Shown here piece by piece: positions 31,153-42,603 of a DNA stretch of 64,000 bases. Source of the stretch: Gemmatimonadales bacterium. GTDB taxonomy: Bacteria > Gemmatimonadota > Gemmatimonadetes > Gemmatimonadales > GWC2-71-9. The DNA lies in contig DASXUE010000021.1 of the NCBI GenBank assembly GCA_036505055.1, positions 42,467 to 106,466 of the forward strand, read 5' to 3'. Below the pieces are notes generated by a model. That model was not told the DNA's origin, made no database searches, and saw only the letters and a program-made list of their open reading frames with translations. Position numbers and translations under genes: made by a program. The stretch's first letter is position 1, and each line of letters opens with the position of its first letter.

Positions 31153-31771
31153 CGGCACAGCCGGTCGACCAGCTCGCGGACGGCCGCGCCCTGGTAGCCG
31201 CGCCGCACCAGATACGCCGTGAGCCGTCGCTTGCGGACGGGCACGGGCAGTCCCGCGAGCTGCCGCGCGCGTTTCTCCGCCACCGCCGGCGCCGTCCGCG
31301 CCGGATCGAGATCCTCGTCCGCTACCGCCTGCGCCACCGCCGCTTCCGCCAGGCGCCGCTCGACGCCTTGCGCGAGCAGGTCCCGCACCAGCCGCGTGGG
31401 GCCGCGGCCTCGGGCGGCGCTGCTCGCGGCATAGTCCCGCGCAAATGTCGCGTCGTCCAGCAGACCCTGAGCCGCCAACCGGTCGAGCGCGCCGTCCGCG
31501 GCGGCGGGAGGATGCTGCTTATTGAGGAGGCGGCGGCGCAGGTCGAGGCGCGCGTGGGCCCGCCGCCCCAGGGCCCGGAGGGCCGCGCGGTGAGCGGCCT
31601 CGACGTCGGCCAACTCCTGGAGCCGTTGGAGCACCCGGGGTCCCAGCTCGGCGCCGACGACAAGGTTGAGCCCGAGGAGCGCCTCGGCGGGGAGTGAAGC
31701 AAACCGCCCCCGATCCACTTCGACGAGCCGGTAATCCGGCCGGCGGGGATCGGGGGCGAGTCCGGTGAGAA

Positions 31772-31775
<4 letters not shown>
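31149..31775 (-). CDS. recX: recombination regulator RecX
   Basis: Lies directly downstream of recA with a 4-nt overlap. Helical repeat pattern typical of RecX. Confidence 0.8.
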
Positions 31776-32854
<1,079 letters not shown>

Positions 32855-32903
32855 GGTTGGGAGCCTCCCTGGTTGGAGGCCCGAATATATACCGAAACCA
32901 GCT

Positions 32904-33296
32904 TCAGCGCCACCCGGGACGAAACGCGTCCTCGACGTGCTCCAACTTATTCCCGGTCAGTGCGATACAGTCGAAGCGGTAGATGTCGGAGGGCCGGCCG
33001 CAGCGATCCACCCACACCCGGGCCGCCTTCACGATTTCCCGCCGCTTGGCGCCGGTGATCGCTTCGAGGGGGCTGCCGAACCCCTCCCCCCGCCGCGCCT
33101 TCACCTCCACGAACGCTACCACGGGCCCCCGCCGGGCGACGAGATCGATCTCGATCCGGCCGACCCGGAACCGGTGCGCCGCGATTTCCCAGCCTCGCGA
33201 CTGCAGGTAGCGGATCGCCTGCTCTTCAGCCGCGAGGCCCCGCCGGTGCCGCTCGTCGGTCCACTGCTCCGGGTCGCTTCTGATGCCGCTCTCCAC
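32904..33296 (-). CDS. YraN-family (UPF0102) endonuclease-like protein
   Basis: GEIDLVA...FVEVK motif, 130 aa. Confidence 0.8.
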   Translation of the reverse strand: MESGIRSDPEQWTDERHRRGLAAEEQAIRYLQSRGWEIAAHRFRVGRIEIDLVARRGPVVAFVEVKARRGEGFGSPLEAITGAKRREIVKAARVWVDRCGRPSDIYRFDCIALTGNKLEHVEDAFRPGWR

Positions 33297-33355
33297 GCCG
33301 GCAACCTAGCGGCTCGCCGTCCTACCCGCGTAACCCAATCTACGCGCGGGGTGCC

Positions 33356-35533
33356 CTATTCACTCAAGTCTTCGAGGCCCACGAGCACGTCTCGCGGTTT
33401 CGACCCGTTGGCCGGACCCAGGATTCCCGCCAGCTCGAGCTGATCGATGATGCGCGCCGCGCGGCCGTACCCGATGCTCATGCGCCGCTGCAGCAGCGAC
33501 GTCGAGCCGAGCTGGTTCTGAATGCACACCTCGGCGGCCTGTCGGAACAGCGGATCGCGCTCCCCTGACTCCTGGCTCCCAACTCCTTCTTCGCCTTGCT
33601 TCTCGGCCTCCTCGATCGCCGCCACCTGCTCGTCGATCGTCGGCTTGCCGGGGACTGGGGCGGCCGCGCGGGGCGCGTGCGCCTTGTACCACTCCATCAG
33701 GCGCTCCGTCTCGTCCGTCGAGATGAACGCCCCCTGCACACGCATCGGCTCGCTCTTGCCCGGCGGCAGGAATAGCATGTCGCCGTTCCCGAGCAGCGTC
33801 TCGGCGCCGTTCTGGTCCAGGATCGTGCGGCTGTCCACCTTGGCCGAGACGCGGAACGCGACCCGGCAGGGGAAGTTGGCCTTGATGAGTCCCGTGATCA
33901 CGTTCACCGACGGCCGCTGCGTGGCGAGGAGGAGGTGAATCCCGACGGCGCGGGACTTCTGGGCCAGCACCGCAAGCGGCGTCTCGATCTCGCTCTGGAC
34001 GGTCAGCATCAGATCCGCCAGCTCGTCCACGATGAGCACGACGTACGGGACGATGCCATCGGTGTACTCGGCATCGAACGGCAGCTCCTTTTGGATACCG
34101 GCCTGGGTGGCGAGCGTCTCGCGTGGGCCCTGCAGCGGCCGCTTCTCTTCCACCTTCTTGTTGAAGTCGGCGATGTTGCGCGCGTGGTTGGCGTGCAGCA
34201 GCCGGTAGCGCCGCTCCATCTCCCACACGGCCCACTTCAGGACGTTCGCCGCTTTGTGGTGGCTGGTCACCACCGGCAGCCCCAGATGGGGCAGTGCCGC
34301 GTACATCGACAGCTCCACCATCTTCGGGTCGATCATCAGCAGCTTCAGTTTATCGGGCGGATGGGCGTACACGAGGCTCGTGATGATCGCGTTGATGCAC
34401 ACCGACTTCCCCGACCCGGTGGCGCCAGCGATCAGCAGGTGGGGCATCTTGGCGAGGTCGTCCACCACCTCGTCGCCTTCCAGGTTGCGGCCCAGCACGA
34501 CCGGCAGCGTGCGGGTCGGGCGTCGGAACTCCGCCGTGTCGATCAGCTCGCGGACGTGCACCATGCGCGGCGTGGGATTCGGCACCTCGATGCCGATCGC
34601 CGCCTTGCCGGGAATCGGCGCGACGATCCGCAGCGACTGGGCCCGCATGGCGAGCGCCAGATCGTCGGCGAGCCCCGCCACGCGTCCCACCTTCACGCCG
34701 CGTCCCGGCGTCAGCTCGAATCGCGTCACCACTGGTCCCACGGTGCGGTCCGCGATCTGCGCCCCGACGCGGAACGTCTCGAGCGTCGCCACCAGCCGGC
34801 GGCCCATTTCCTCGATCTGCGCCGCGTCGGCATCGGCGACAGCGCCGGGACCTTCGTTCAACAACTCTATAGGCGGGATCAAAGAGCCCGCAGGGGGCGG
34901 TGTGGGCTTGGGGAGCAGTGCGCTCTTGGACTTGCGCTCTTTCGGGAAACGAGAAACGGGAAACGGGGCAGGCGCAGCCGACGCGTCCGGCTCGCGCTTC
35001 GCCTTGAGACCTACCCTCTCCGTTTCCCGTATCTCGTTTCCCGTTTCCCGGCTTCTCAGCAGTGCCAGCGGATGCCACCCGATCGTCACGATGCCCAGCG
35101 CCGAGAGCGCGAACACTCCCGCCAGAACGCCGCCCGCCGTTCCCACGGCGCCCTGGAGGCCCGCGGCCAGGAATGCCGGCAGCAGGCCGACGAGTTTCTG
35201 GGTCGCGCTCCATAGCGCGTAGTCGAACGGGAAGTGGGGGCCGATCGCGATGCCGATGCCGTAGGGCACGAGCAGGATCAGGCCGGCGCCGAGCACCGCG
35301 GCGCGTCCCGACGACAGGGGCCCCAGCCGTCCGAACGCGGCCAGCGCCCACCCGACGCCCAGCATCGGCACGATCACAGCCCCCAGGCCCAGCACCTTCC
35401 ACAACAAGCCGCCGATGGAGCGCCCCCAGCTGCCCGTCAGGGGCAGCTGTAGCAGCGTGAGGCCCAGGAACAGGCCCACGACGAGGGCCGCGATGCCGAT
35501 GAGCTCTTGCCGGTGCGCGTCCTTCGGCTTCAT
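33356..35533 (-). CDS. ftsK: DNA translocase FtsK
   Basis: ATG 35533 (ATGA overlap with comB). N-terminal TM segments, IAGATGSGKSV Walker A, and a C-terminal winged-helix gamma domain (IGYGRAARIIDQLE). Confidence 0.95.
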   Translation of the reverse strand: MKPKDAHRQELIGIAALVVGLFLGLTLLQLPLTGSWGRSIGGLLWKVLGLGAVIVPMLGVGWALAAFGRLGPLSSGRAAVLGAGLILLVPYGIGIAIGPHFPFDYALWSATQKLVGLLPAFLAAGLQGAVGTAGGVLAGVFALSALGIVTIGWHPLALLRSRETGNEIRETERVGLKAKREPDASAAPAPFPVSRFPKERKSKSALLPKPTPPPAGSLIPPIELLNEGPGAVADADAAQIEEMGRRLVATLETFRVGAQIADRTVGPVVTRFELTPGRGVKVGRVAGLADDLALAMRAQSLRIVAPIPGKAAIGIEVPNPTPRMVHVRELIDTAEFRRPTRTLPVVLGRNLEGDEVVDDLAKMPHLLIAGATGSGKSVCINAIITSLVYAHPPDKLKLLMIDPKMVELSMYAALPHLGLPVVTSHHKAANVLKWAVWEMERRYRLLHANHARNIADFNKKVEEKRPLQGPRETLATQAGIQKELPFDAEYTDGIVPYVVLIVDELADLMLTVQSEIETPLAVLAQKSRAVGIHLLLATQRPSVNVITGLIKANFPCRVAFRVSAKVDSRTILDQNGAETLLGNGDMLFLPPGKSEPMRVQGAFISTDETERLMEWYKAHAPRAAAPVPGKPTIDEQVAAIEEAEKQGEEGVGSQESGERDPLFRQAAEVCIQNQLGSTSLLQRRMSIGYGRAARIIDQLELAGILGPANGSKPRDVLVGLEDLSE
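34942..35049. repeat. inverted pair of (CGGGAAA)n heptamer arrays in the ftsK linker
   Basis: Arm 34942-34967 is cgggaaa cgagaaa cgggaaa cgggg. Arm 35019-35049 is ccg tttcccg tatctcg tttcccg tttcccg. The spacer is 51 nt. Confidence 0.9.
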
Positions 35534-36252
35534 GCCGTGATGCGGCGGTCGGCGTACACGGGCACGACGGCGACGCGATCGGGAGCGGCGCACACGGCCA
35601 CATCTTCCGCCAGCCCCGCCTCGACCAGCTGGCGCGCGGCGGCGCTGGCCGCGAACGCGTCGCGCCACCCCCCCTGCTGGCCCGCGAGGTCGAGCGAGAC
35701 CTGGGCCGCGTCGTTCAGGGCCAGCTTGCGGATGCCCTTTTTCACGGCCTTGATGAGCCGTCCGGCCGTGTAGGCGTCTTCCAGCGCGAACTGTTTTTCC
35801 CGGCCGGCGCACAGGATGACCAGCTCGCCCCGCTCGTCGAACGCGGCGCGGGCGCGCTCGGTCACGGCCGTGAAATTGAGCGCCGCGGCCACCAGTACCG
35901 GGTCGCCCCCTTGCGCGACCACCAGCGCGGGCGTGCCGTTGGTCGTGGCGAGAAAGACCGTCTTCCCTCCCACCGCCTCGGGGGTCATTTCGCGGGGCGA
36001 GTTGCCGAGACCGAACCCCTCGATCTTCAGGCTGCGACGCTCCCCCGCCAGCACGATCCCGTCCTTCTCGAGGTTCGCGGTCAGGCGCACGGCTTCCTCG
36101 GACGTGGCGGCCGGGACGATCGCTTTGGCGCCCGCGGCGAGCGCCGTGACGATCGTGCTCGTGGCCCGCAGCACGTCGATGACGACGACCGCCCGGCCCG
36201 CGAGATCTCCCGCATTCAGGCCGGAGGGGGTGAAGTAGACGTCGATCTTCAT
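35530..36252 (-). CDS. comB: 2-phosphosulfolactate phosphatase family protein
   Basis: [13 protein letters not shown] and TTNGT motifs, 240 aa. Confidence 0.75.
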   Translation of the reverse strand: MKIDVYFTPSGLNAGDLAGRAVVVIDVLRATSTIVTALAAGAKAIVPAATSEEAVRLTANLEKDGIVLAGERRSLKIEGFGLGNSPREMTPEAVGGKTVFLATTNGTPALVVAQGGDPVLVAAALNFTAVTERARAAFDERGELVILCAGREKQFALEDAYTAGRLIKAVKKGIRKLALNDAAQVSLDLAGQQGGWRDAFAASAAARQLVEAGLAEDVAVCAAPDRVAVVPVYADRRITA

Positions 36253-37607
36253 GGGTGGTCTTTGAGGAGCTGCGGCTCGCGCTCGAGGAACTTCGTATCC
36301 ACGGTGCCGGCCACGAAGTCCGGGTGTCGCATGACGCGGCCCAGGAACGGAATGGTCGTGGTCACGCCTTCAATGATAAACGAGTCGAGCGCCTGGCGCA
36401 TGCGGGCCAGCGCCTCGCTCCGGTTGTTGCCGTGCACGATGACCTTCGCGAGCAGCGAGTCGTAGTACGGGGGCACGGTGTAGCCCGCGTAGATATGGGT
36501 ATCGACGCGCACGCCGGGGCCGCCCGGGGGATGGTAGGCCGTAATCAGCCCGGGCGAGGGCTGGAAATTGCGCGCCGGGTCCTCGGCATTGACCCGGCAT
36601 TCGATCGCGTGCCCGCGCAGCCGGTTGCCGTTCATCACGAACGACAGTGGCTCCCCGGCCGCGATGCGGATCTGCTCCTTCACGAGGTCGAAGTTGGTGC
36701 ACATCTCGGTGACGGGATGCTCGACCTGAATCCGCGTGTTCATCTCCATGAAGTAGAACGATCCGTCCTCGTCCAGCAGGAACTCGATCGTGCCCGCCCC
36801 CACGTAGCCGATCGATTCCGCCAGCTTGACCGCCGCGTCGCCGATGTCCTCACGCAGCGTCTGATCGACCGCGGGACTCGGCGCTTCCTCGATCAGCTTC
36901 TGGTGCCGGCGCTGCACCGAGCAGTCGCGCTCGCACAAATGCATCACTTTTCCTTGCGTGTCCCCCATGATCTGGATCTCGATGTGGCGGGGGCGCGCGA
37001 GGTACTTCTCGAGGTAGACCTCGCCCGACCCGAAGGCGGCGAGCGCCTCCTGCTTGGCCAAATTGAAGGCCTGGCCAAACTGCTCCGCATCGGTGGCGAC
37101 CCGCATCCCCTTCCCGCCCCCGCCCGCCGCCGCCTTGATGATGACCGGAAACCCGATCTTGGCGGCGACCTTCAGCGCGTCCTCCACGGCCTCGATGGGG
37201 CCCGGCGAGCCCGGTACGGTCGGCACCTTCTGCTTCTGCGCGAGCTTGCGGGCGGTCGCCTTGTCCCCCATTTGGCGGATGTGGTCGGGCGTCGGGCCGA
37301 TGAAGGTGATGTTGGACGCGCCGACCTTTTCGGCGAACTCGGCGTTCTCGGCGAGGAAGCCGTAGCCGGGGTGGATCGCGTCGGCGCCGGTGATCTCGGC
37401 GGCCGCGATCAGGCGGGGAATGTTGAGGTAGCTGTCACGGCCCGGCGCGCGTCCGATGCAGACGTCGTCGTCGGCGAAGCGCACGTGCAGGCACTCGCGG
37501 TCCGCCTCCGAATACACGGCGACCGTTTCGATGCCGAGCTCCTTGCACGCGCGAATCACCCGCAGGGCGATCTCCCCGCGGTTTGCGACGAGCACTTTCT
37601 TGAACAT
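36249..37607 (-). CDS. accC: acetyl-CoA carboxylase biotin carboxylase subunit
   Basis: ATG 37607 gives [20 protein letters not shown], followed by an ATP-grasp body. 452 aa. Confidence 0.95.
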   Translation of the reverse strand: MFKKVLVANRGEIALRVIRACKELGIETVAVYSEADRECLHVRFADDDVCIGRAPGRDSYLNIPRLIAAAEITGADAIHPGYGFLAENAEFAEKVGASNITFIGPTPDHIRQMGDKATARKLAQKQKVPTVPGSPGPIEAVEDALKVAAKIGFPVIIKAAAGGGGKGMRVATDAEQFGQAFNLAKQEALAAFGSGEVYLEKYLARPRHIEIQIMGDTQGKVMHLCERDCSVQRRHQKLIEEAPSPAVDQTLREDIGDAAVKLAESIGYVGAGTIEFLLDEDGSFYFMEMNTRIQVEHPVTEMCTNFDLVKEQIRIAAGEPLSFVMNGNRLRGHAIECRVNAEDPARNFQPSPGLITAYHPPGGPGVRVDTHIYAGYTVPPYYDSLLAKVIVHGNNRSEALARMRQALDSFIIEGVTTTIPFLGRVMRHPDFVAGTVDTKFLEREPQLLKDHP

Positions 37608-38767
37608 CAGGGCGTCAGCTCGATGCCACCGGCCGCCCGACCCCCCGCTCCCGCGGCACCGAGCCGATTCCCCGACGAATCGACGCCCGAGACCTTCAGC
37701 GCGAACTCGCTCGGGTTCGAGGAATAGAACAGGGCGCTCTCGTAGCTGATCACCCCTTGCTGGTACCACTGGAACAGCGACTGATCGAACGACTGCATCC
37801 CGTACTGCACCGACCCTTCGGCGATCAGGTCCGGGATGCTGAGCGACTTGGAGAGGTCGCGGATGTTATCGGCGACCGCCGCCGTGTTGATCAATACCTC
37901 GGCAGCCGGCACCCGGCCCTTGCCGTCCTTGCGGGGCACGAGCCGCAGCGAGATCACCGAGTGCAACGCGGTCGAGAGCAGGTGCCGGATCTCGTCGTGC
38001 TGGTGCGGCGGGAAGAACGAGATGACGCGCGTGATCGACTGCGTCGCATCCGTCGTGTGCAGCGTGGAAAACACCATGTGGCCGGTGTCCGCGGCCTTCA
38101 GCGCCGTATCCAGCGTTTCCACGTCGCGAATCTCGCCGATCAGGATCACGTCCGGGTCCTGGCGCAGCACGTGACGCAGCGCCGAGTTGAACGACAGCGT
38201 ATCGTTCCCCACCTCACGCTGCGAGATGTTGGCGAGGTTGTCGCGGTGCAGGAACTCGATCGGGTCCTCGATCGTGATGATGTTGACCCGGCGGTTCGTG
38301 TTGATGTGGTTGATCATCGCCGCGAGCGCCGTCGATTTCCCCGACCCGGTCACGCCCGTCACCAGCACCAGCCCGCGCGGCTTCAGCGCGATTTCCTCGA
38401 GCACCGGCGGCAGCGAGAGATCCTTGATCTGCTTCACTTCATAAGGAATCGCCCGGAACGCGAACGCCACCGTGCCGCGCTGCTGGTACACGTTCGTCCG
38501 GAACCGGCCCACCCCCGGCACGCCGATCGCGAAGTCCGCCTCTTTGTGCTCGGCGAACTCCTTGACCTGCCGCGGCGTCATGATCTGCTCGGCGAGCGAC
38601 TTCAGCTCCTCCGGCTTGAGCGGCTGCGTGTCGAGGCCCACCAGATCGCCGTTCACCCGGATGGTCGCCGGCCGCCCGACCTTGAGCAGCAGATCGGAGC
38701 CGTTCCGTTGCACCATGTGGGTAATGGCTTGCTTGAAGTTGAATGGGACGGGAGGCGCGTCAGCCAT
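37607..38767 (-). CDS. pilT: type IV pilus retraction ATPase PilT family
   Basis: GVTGSGKST Walker A, and the [19 protein letters not shown] and [11 protein letters not shown] motifs. Confidence 0.9.
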   Translation of the reverse strand: MADAPPVPFNFKQAITHMVQRNGSDLLLKVGRPATIRVNGDLVGLDTQPLKPEELKSLAEQIMTPRQVKEFAEHKEADFAIGVPGVGRFRTNVYQQRGTVAFAFRAIPYEVKQIKDLSLPPVLEEIALKPRGLVLVTGVTGSGKSTALAAMINHINTNRRVNIITIEDPIEFLHRDNLANISQREVGNDTLSFNSALRHVLRQDPDVILIGEIRDVETLDTALKAADTGHMVFSTLHTTDATQSITRVISFFPPHQHDEIRHLLSTALHSVISLRLVPRKDGKGRVPAAEVLINTAAVADNIRDLSKSLSIPDLIAEGSVQYGMQSFDQSLFQWYQQGVISYESALFYSSNPSEFALKVSGVDSSGNRLGAAGAGGRAAGGIELTP

Positions 38768-39254
38768 TGGGATCCACCCGGAAGAGGACTTGCCCGAACT
38801 CGACCGGCTGCGCGTTCTGCACGCACACTTCCTTCACGACTCCGCCGACCTCGGACTCGATCTCGTTCATGATCTTCATCGCTTCGATGACGCACACCAC
38901 CTGACCGACAGTGACGCGGCTCCCGACCTTCACGTAGGGCTGAGCGCCGGGCTCGGGGGCCGCATAGAAGGTCCCGACCATGGGAGACGGAATCCCGAGC
39001 AGATGGGAGGCGGGGGCTGCCACCGACCCCTCCCCCGTCCCCCGTCCCCCTTCCCCGGGCCGGGAGAGGGGGGACGGGGGAAGGGTGGGCTGCGCCACCA
39101 CGACGTGGCCGCCCGCGTTCCCCACCGCGTGGCCGGCTTTCGAGACCCGGACGGACGACCAAGCGCCGAACCACCCGCGCCGGATCTCGATGGCGCCCAC
39201 GTCCGGGGCGTCCTTCAGGATCTGCACGAGCTGCGCGATGATGTCGAGCTTCAT
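38760..39254 (-). CDS. accB: acetyl-CoA carboxylase biotin carboxyl carrier protein
   Basis: ATG 39254. The C-terminal biotinyl domain carries EAMKIMNEI. Only the C-terminal 164 codons of ORF 38760-40130 are credible. Confidence 0.9.
   Translation of the reverse strand: MKLDIIAQLVQILKDAPDVGAIEIRRGWFGAWSSVRVSKAGHAVGNAGGHVVVAQPTLPPSPLSRPGEGGRGTGEGSVAAPASHLLGIPSPMVGTFYAAPEPGAQPYVKVGSRVTVGQVVCVIEAMKIMNEIESEVGGVVKEVCVQNAQPVEFGQVLFRVDPNG
39027..39089. repeat. imperfect inverted pair of (GGGGGAC)n heptamer arrays in the accB linker
   Basis: Left arm: cccctcc cccgtcc cccgtcc cccttcc ccg. Spacer: ggc. Right arm: cgggagaggggggacgggggaagggtggg. Confidence 0.85.
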
Positions 39255-39280
39255 AGGGGGAAAATACGCCTCCTCGGGCC

Positions 39281-40375
39281 CTACACCAGTTCCACGAGAT
39301 CGGTACGGCCGTCCGACAGGAGCACGGGCCCGGCCGCCGACAGGTGTACGTCGTCTTCGATGCGCACCCCGCCCTGGCCCGCCAGATACACGCCCGGCTC
39401 GATCGTCACCACGGCGTCCAGCGGCAACGGGTCGGTCGCGGTGCGCGCGAGGCGCGGCGCCTCGTGCACCTCGATCCCGAGCCCGTGGCCCGTCGAATGG
39501 CCGAACGCGTCGCCGAAGCCCCGCGCCTCGATCGGATCGCGCGCCAGCGCGTCGGCGTCGCGTCCGGCAAGCCCGGCACGGACGCCCTCGCGGGCCCGCC
39601 GCTGCGCGCCCTGGACCAGCTCGTACAGCGCGCGCTGCACCTCCGTGGCCCGCGCCCCAACGACGACCGTTCGCGTCAGGTCGGCGCAATACCCGTCGAC
39701 GACGGCGCCGAAGTCTAGCAGCAGCCACTCCCCGGCCGCCACCGGCCGGCGGCTGGTTTGCGCGTGCGGCAGGGCGCTGCGCGGTCCCGACGCCACGATC
39801 ACGGGGAAGGGGTGCGCTTCGCTCCCCCGCCGCCGCAGCGCGCCCTCGAGCGTCCCCGCGATCTCGAGCTCGGTCAGGCCCGGCCGCACCGCCGTCAGCG
39901 TCTCGCGCAGCGCGTCGCCCGCGAGCTCGGCGGCGGCGCGAATCGCGGCCACCTCCCCCGGATCCTTGCGCGCCCGCAGCCGCTCCACCAGCTCGCCCGC
40001 CACCGTCCAACGCCACGCCTTCCCCGGCCCGGCGAACCGCTCGGCGTCCTTCACCGTCAGCGCGTGGGCCTCGTAGCCGATCGTGGTCACCGCGCCGAGC
40101 GTGGGCAGCTCCTTGAAGAGCCGATCCCACACGCTCGTGCCTTCGATTTCGACCCGGGCAACCCCGCCCGCCTCCTCCCGCGCCTGCGCGTCGTACCGGA
40201 AGTCGGTGACGAGCAGCAGGTCCGCACGCGTCGCCACCGCCACGCCCGCCGACCCGCTGAAGCCGGTCAGGTAGCGGATGTTGGGGCGCGACGTCACCAG
40301 CAGCGCGTCGAGCCCCGCTGCTTCGAGCAGTCCGGCGAGCGCGTCGTGCCGCTCGCGTCGTCGGTCAGCGCCCAT
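39281..40375 (-). CDS. pepP: Xaa-Pro aminopeptidase (M24 family)
   Basis: HSTGHGLGIEVHE metal-binding motif and an N-terminal creatinase-like domain. Confidence 0.85.
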   Translation of the reverse strand: MGADRRRERHDALAGLLEAAGLDALLVTSRPNIRYLTGFSGSAGVAVATRADLLLVTDFRYDAQAREEAGGVARVEIEGTSVWDRLFKELPTLGAVTTIGYEAHALTVKDAERFAGPGKAWRWTVAGELVERLRARKDPGEVAAIRAAAELAGDALRETLTAVRPGLTELEIAGTLEGALRRRGSEAHPFPVIVASGPRSALPHAQTSRRPVAAGEWLLLDFGAVVDGYCADLTRTVVVGARATEVQRALYELVQGAQRRAREGVRAGLAGRDADALARDPIEARGFGDAFGHSTGHGLGIEVHEAPRLARTATDPLPLDAVVTIEPGVYLAGQGGVRIEDDVHLSAAGPVLLSDGRTDLVELV

Positions 40376-40820
40376 CGCGGGACGCGAGGTGGCCGAGATG
40401 ACTCACCAGGGCCTCGAGTCCCAGCCGGTAGCTGTCGGCGCCGAACCCCGCCACCACGCCGACCGCGAGATCCGCGAGCAGCGACCGGCGCCGCTCCGCC
40501 TCGCGGGCGAAGATGTTCGACAGGTGCACCTCGACGAACGGCACGCGCACGGCGAGCAGCGCGTCGCGCACCGCCAGGCTCGTGTGGGTAAACGCCGCGG
40601 CATTGATCAACGCGCCGTTGGCCCGCCCCTGGAGCTGCTGAATCGCCTCGACCAGCTCGCCTTCGTGGTTCGTTTGCGTCCAGCTGCAGTCGACGCCGAG
40701 GGTGCGCGCGCGTTCCCGCGTGGACGCTTCGATCTCGGCCAGACTGGTGCGGCCGTACACCTCGGGCTCGCGCTCGCCGAGCAGATTCAAGTTGGGGCCG
40801 TTCAGCACGGCGATGTGCAC
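40365..40820 (-). CDS. aroQ: type II 3-dehydroquinate dehydratase
   Basis: LNGPNLNLLG, and VHLSNI motifs. GTG 40820 overlaps the upstream TAG (TAGTG). The alternative start is GTG 40844. Confidence 0.9.
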   Translation of the reverse strand: MHIAVLNGPNLNLLGEREPEVYGRTSLAEIEASTRERARTLGVDCSWTQTNHEGELVEAIQQLQGRANGALINAAAFTHTSLAVRDALLAVRVPFVEVHLSNIFAREAERRRSLLADLAVGVVAGFGADSYRLGLEALVSHLGHLASRDGR

Positions 40821-42487
40821 TAGGACTTGAGCTTTTTCAGCCACTGCTGGAATTGATCGAGCTCTCCCTCGTTTTCCGGCGGCCGTTGCGTCCGGCCCGA
40901 GGCGCGGGCGGGTTGGCGCGGCTCGGCCGCGGCCGCGGGCGATGGCGCACCACCGGCGCCGCCGAAGAACTGATCGAACGAGAAGCCCCCTTCTGCAGTC
41001 TCCTTGACCTCACCGGCACCTTCCCCTTCACCGCCGCCGGCGCGGTCCTGAGGATCAGCGACCCCTCCCTCCGGCGCGGAGCGGCGGCTCGCGTCCTCGC
41101 CGAACACCGAGTCGAGTGAGATGTGATCGTCGGCGGGATGCGTCGGGTGACCCGGTGCGGGGCCGAGCGACTCCTCCGTCTCGGGCGCCGTCTCGAAAGC
41201 CGCCTCGAGTGTCGTCGGCGCCGACGGGGAGGGCGGGGAGGGGGACGCGGGGGCTGGGGGAGGAGCTGGCGGAGGCGCGGGCATCGCGGCCGCACCACGC
41301 CCGGCGAACACCCCCCTCAAGAACGACTGCGCCGACACGCCGGACCCACCCCCGCCCCCCCCGCCCCCCCCACCCGCCGCCCGCCGCCGGTGGCCGCCTC
41401 CGGACAGCTGGTCGACCTTGCGCTGCAACCCCGCGTCGCCAGGCCGCTGCGCGAGCAATGCCTGGTACACGCGGAGCGCGTCGTGCTGGTGCCCCTGCTT
41501 GAGATACAGCTCGGCCATCGTCTCGGTGAGCACCGGCTCCGCGCGCGACAGCGCGGCCGTGTCCGCAGCTCCGTCGTCGTCGGACAGCGCGACCGCTGCC
41601 GGGATCGACGCGCGGGGCCGCGGGGCCGGCGGCGGCACCGGCGGCGGGGGCGGCGCGGGAACGGCGGCCGACGGGCGCGACCGCCTGGGCAGATCGTCGG
41701 GCATGATCAGCGGCAGGTCTACCGGTGACGCCGACTCCTCGGTCAGCTCGGGCATGGGCGGCGCCTGCTCCGGCGGCGGAGGCGTATCGAGCTTGAACAA
41801 CCCGCCCCCCTCGTATTGCGTCCGGGCGAGTCCTTCGACCTCGACTTGCTCGACCTGCTGGGAGCTCAGCTCGACGTCCTCCTGGACCTCGAGCCCCTCG
41901 GCCTTGGCCGCGGCGTGCGCGTCGGCGTTCGCGTTGAGCGTCTCATCGAACACCTCGACGAGGTCCGGCGACGGCTTGGCTGCCGCCACGACGGGCGCCG
42001 CTTCGCTGACCGACGTGTGCTCGACCACGAAGTCGGGCTGCGGCATGGCCGCCGTCGGAGCCTCGGCGATCTTGGCCGACCCGGCTTTCGACTTGGCGCG
42101 CGCCAGCGCCTCGGCGGCGTCACCGTTCATGGGGTCGGCGGCCAGGAGGCGCGTCAGCCAATTGACCGCTTCGGCGAACCGGCTGTTGCGCTCGGCGATC
42201 TCCCCGAGAATCTTGAGCGCGATGATGTTCTCGGGATCCAGCGCCAGCACCTTGGCAAACACCTCGGACGCGCCGGCGTCGTTCTTCATGTCGATGAGGC
42301 AGCGCCCGTACACGATGTGGGCGCTCACGTAGTCGGGGTGGCGCTCGAGACCGCTCTTGCACAGGTCGATGGCCCTATCTAGTTCTCCCGCTTTACGATA
42401 GGCGTCCGCCAGGGGCGCGAAATTCCGCCCCTTTGGGTTCTCCAGCCACCGCCGCTCGAGCTTCTCGATCTCGCTGGTGTAGGCCAC
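40820..42487 (-). CDS. TPR-repeat protein with long Pro/Gly/Ala-rich low-complexity region
   Basis: N-terminal TPR units (YRKAGELDRAIDLCKSGLERHPD...), a second TPR block, and a G-run-encoded poly-Gly stretch. Confidence 0.7.
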   Translation of the reverse strand: MAYTSEIEKLERRWLENPKGRNFAPLADAYRKAGELDRAIDLCKSGLERHPDYVSAHIVYGRCLIDMKNDAGASEVFAKVLALDPENIIALKILGEIAERNSRFAEAVNWLTRLLAADPMNGDAAEALARAKSKAGSAKIAEAPTAAMPQPDFVVEHTSVSEAAPVVAAAKPSPDLVEVFDETLNANADAHAAAKAEGLEVQEDVELSSQQVEQVEVEGLARTQYEGGGLFKLDTPPPPEQAPPMPELTEESASPVDLPLIMPDDLPRRSRPSAAVPAPPPPPVPPPAPRPRASIPAAVALSDDDGAADTAALSRAEPVLTETMAELYLKQGHQHDALRVYQALLAQRPGDAGLQRKVDQLSGGGHRRRAAGGGGGGGGGGSGVSAQSFLRGVFAGRGAAAMPAPPPAPPPAPASPSPPSPSAPTTLEAAFETAPETEESLGPAPGHPTHPADDHISLDSVFGEDASRRSAPEGGVADPQDRAGGGEGEGAGEVKETAEGGFSFDQFFGGAGGAPSPAAAAEPRQPARASGRTQRPPENEGELDQFQQWLKKLKS

Positions 42488-42603
42488 GACCTAAGTCTAT
42501 GTGGGAATTGGACGAAGATAGTGTCCGCCCGGCGTCGCTGTCAATCAGACGCGGCGTCGGTCGCTTGAGTTTGTACGTTGTCGTTTCTAGCTTTAGCGCC
42601 CTT

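Noticed and set aside
32855-32903. Possible SOS/LexA operator or promoter upstream of recA (AT-rich ...TTTCGGTATATATTCGGG...).
   Set aside because: No convincing palindrome matches any LexA-box type I know. Only a -10-like TATATT is visible, which is too weak to annotate.
33559-33586. Weak 7-nt periodicity (gctcccc tgactcc tggctcc caactcc) in the ftsK region encoding ...GVGSQESGE....
   Set aside because: The units share only CTCC, there is no inverted partner, and chance in a low-complexity linker could explain it. It may be a decayed array, but the evidence is insufficient.
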